DNA of 64,000 nt from Cenococcum geophilum. Its lineage: Eukaryota. Below the pieces are notes generated by a model that had not been told where the DNA came from, did not search any database, and was given only the letters and a program-made list of their open reading frames with translations. The first letter of the stretch is position 1. Each line of letters starts with the position of its first letter. The stretch is from contig CP158636.1 in NCBI GenBank assembly GCA_050273025.1, forward strand, positions 3,224,001-3,288,000, in the 5' to 3' direction. Shown here one piece after another: positions 61,700 through 64,000 of the stretch. Made by a program: the position numbers and the translations under genes.

Positions 61700-64000
61700 A
61701 CGCAATAAACTCTGGAGCTTTAAAAAATATCTCAAGCTCCTTACAGATATACATTCGAGCGATTACGACTTTTTTTTAGTCAAGTATTTATAGTCCCTTG
61801 TTAAAAGTCTCTACGTTTTGCCGATATCCTACTAAAACTCACTATATTTAGCATATATTTTCTATTACTAGATATTAAAAACATTTCTTAAAAATCCAAC
61901 ATCTTATAGAGATTTACTTTTACTAAAACTTTCTCCATTTAAAATTAAAATTAAAAATTTAGAAAATTATTACAAGGTTATAAAGTTAATAAAGTATAAT
62001 TTTTATAAGAGTATATATATTAGATCCTGCAAGAGTCGCGATAGATTCGCGATCACTATTTGTCTTTTTGGCCGTATGGCGACGTAGAGCGGGACACGTT
62101 ACAATTTTCTATATAAATTTTGGAAAATATATTAAAAGTTAACCTTTAACTTTATAATTGTTGGTCACACAGGGTGACTCACTAATAGCGACTACTCGAG
62201 TAGGTTACAGTGATGTTGGTTGATAAAGCTTATTAATTGGAATGAGGAAGGGCGAGGAGCTTAAGACTCCTCGCCACGCTAGTGCCGCGGCGTCACGTGA
62301 CGACCGCTTGCCTTATTCCCGACACTGGCAACTCTTCTTTTGTGGTTACCATCTATATACAAATACTGCTTAACTAGCGTAACAAATATTAATCCTCCTT
62401 ACTTACTATTGCTATTATAATATAAGTCTTACTGTTCTAAAATTTGCCTCTTAGCACGTAGTGCTTTCTTACTTAAAGTTATAGGTAGATATTATATTAG
62501 GGCTGCTAAGGCGCTAGTTATAAGCAAGCTAATAGCAATTTTCTATACCGGGTATAGAAAATCCTAATTAGCTAGTTAAAATTAGGGTTTATAGAATATT
62601 ATACTCTTACTCCCTTTTAACTTAACTTTTAACTTATATATATAGAGTGTTTATGTTAATAAATATTTCTAAAGCCTTATTTAGGTTTACCTTTATTATT
62701 ATATTTACTAAGTTATCTTAACCATTAATCTATTAAATCTTAAAGAGTTTTTACCGTTTATAGGATTAATAAAGTGCTATAATGTTAATTATAAGGCGCT
62801 TCTCCTTTATAGTACTAAGCTTAACTAAATACTTATAAAGGGAGTATAAGTTAGTATATACGATTATAGGGATAATAGGAAGTTTAAGTTAATCTATAAT
62901 TATTTTTAGGGTGGTTTTAATTGTAATTGCTATATTAACTTCGCTAACTATTTTATATATCTCTAACGCTAGAACGCTTTAGGTAATGCGCTTACTCTTA
63001 GTTAAGCTCTAGTAGATAAGATTACTATAAATTATAAAGTCATTCTCTCTAATAGATTTATTTATAATAATAATCTTATATCCTAGCTAAGAGCTAAAAT
63101 CTTTATTATTTATAAACGATTTATTAATAAATATAAAGAGCTTAGCGGTAGAGAGGTTAATAGGTACGTAGAGTAGTCCCTAATTATTACGGCTTAAACA
63201 AATGCCTCTAAACCGAAGCTTAAACAAATGCTGTATTACGAAGATACTAAGCTAAAGAGAAGGAAAAGGGGTTGCTAGGACCAATGTAAACAAATATATA
63301 GGGTAAGCCGCTAAGGCGCTAGCTTTAGGCGGGCCAATCACAGGTCGGCAGAATATAGTAGAATTTGGCAGGTAACGTGCGATAGCGCCGTTACATTACC
63401 CCCCTCTTTAAAAGAAAGCCTGCCCTTAGGCTTAGTTAGAAAAAATAGGGTAGCACTAGGCTTATAAATATAGGATTATAAAAATATAAGATAAGGAGAT
63501 AAAGGGGATATAAGTCCATCCTAACTAAGTATAAAGGGCGATTATAGGCTAAGTAGAAGCACTAGGCTAGAAAAAGTAGCCGCTAAAAGTCTTAGCATAG
63601 ATCTAACTAATTAGACAACTTTAACCGGCGGTTAAAGTTCCTAAACATCTGAAATTTTACAGTACTAGCAGAAAACGGCAGAATATGGCAGAATTTAGTA
63701 GACAGCTGTATTAGGGCTTTAGGGCGTTTTTGTCCCTATATTCTTTTGGTAACTTATCGTCTTTATTATGCCAGCATTCTATTTATTTGTCTAGGTACTT
63801 TAAGGGTCTAGGTGTATTAGGGTATTAGTTATAGAATTCTTTAAGCTTCTGGGGGCAGCCTATAAAGTTCTACGTAGGGTACTAAGTTAGGTTAGGATTG
63901 TAGCCCTTTTATTAGATATAGTATTTTAGTGCTTCCCGTACTATCTTATAGGCTAGTATTTTATTAACCTCCTATTTATTATTACTGTTTACTTAAACTA
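61700..64000. mobile_element. RIP-degraded repeat region with LTR fragments; probable minus-strand LTR retroelement 3' end near 63395
   Basis: TpA-rich with no ORFs. TG..CA segment at about 62215-62324 ends like the 32803 LTR (CCTTATT..ACA CTGGCAAC); ...CCGTTACA followed by TTACCCCCCTC (reverse polypurine tract). Confidence 0.5.

Overview
Filamentous ascomycete (Pezizomycotina-type) nuclear DNA with spliceosomal introns and strong RIP. Bases 1-16.4 kb are a gene block: MEC1/ATR (3' end outside the window), COX16, TAD2, TVP18, AIM21 and a homeobox/C2H2 transcription factor. From about 17 to 59 kb lies an AT-rich, RIP-degraded transposon nest built on two tail-to-tail Crypton (tyrosine recombinase/GCR1_C) elements. 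Inserted into these are a Tad1-like LINE, a Copia (carrying a gag-only LTR element), a piggyBac-like element, a chromoviral Gypsy, a solo LTR and several satellite-carrying TIR elements, mostly resolvable by target-site duplications (TSDs). An intact HET-domain gene and more RIPed repeats follow. The standout is a 1,018-bp, largely un-RIPed, apparently non-coding retroelement (47072-48089, minus strand, 16-bp TSD). It begins exactly with an 85-nt HDV-like ribozyme fold and ends in a 3' tail shared with the Tad1-like LINE in this window, suggesting a ribozyme-headed non-autonomous LINE parasite. All calls were made by eye; no searches were run.
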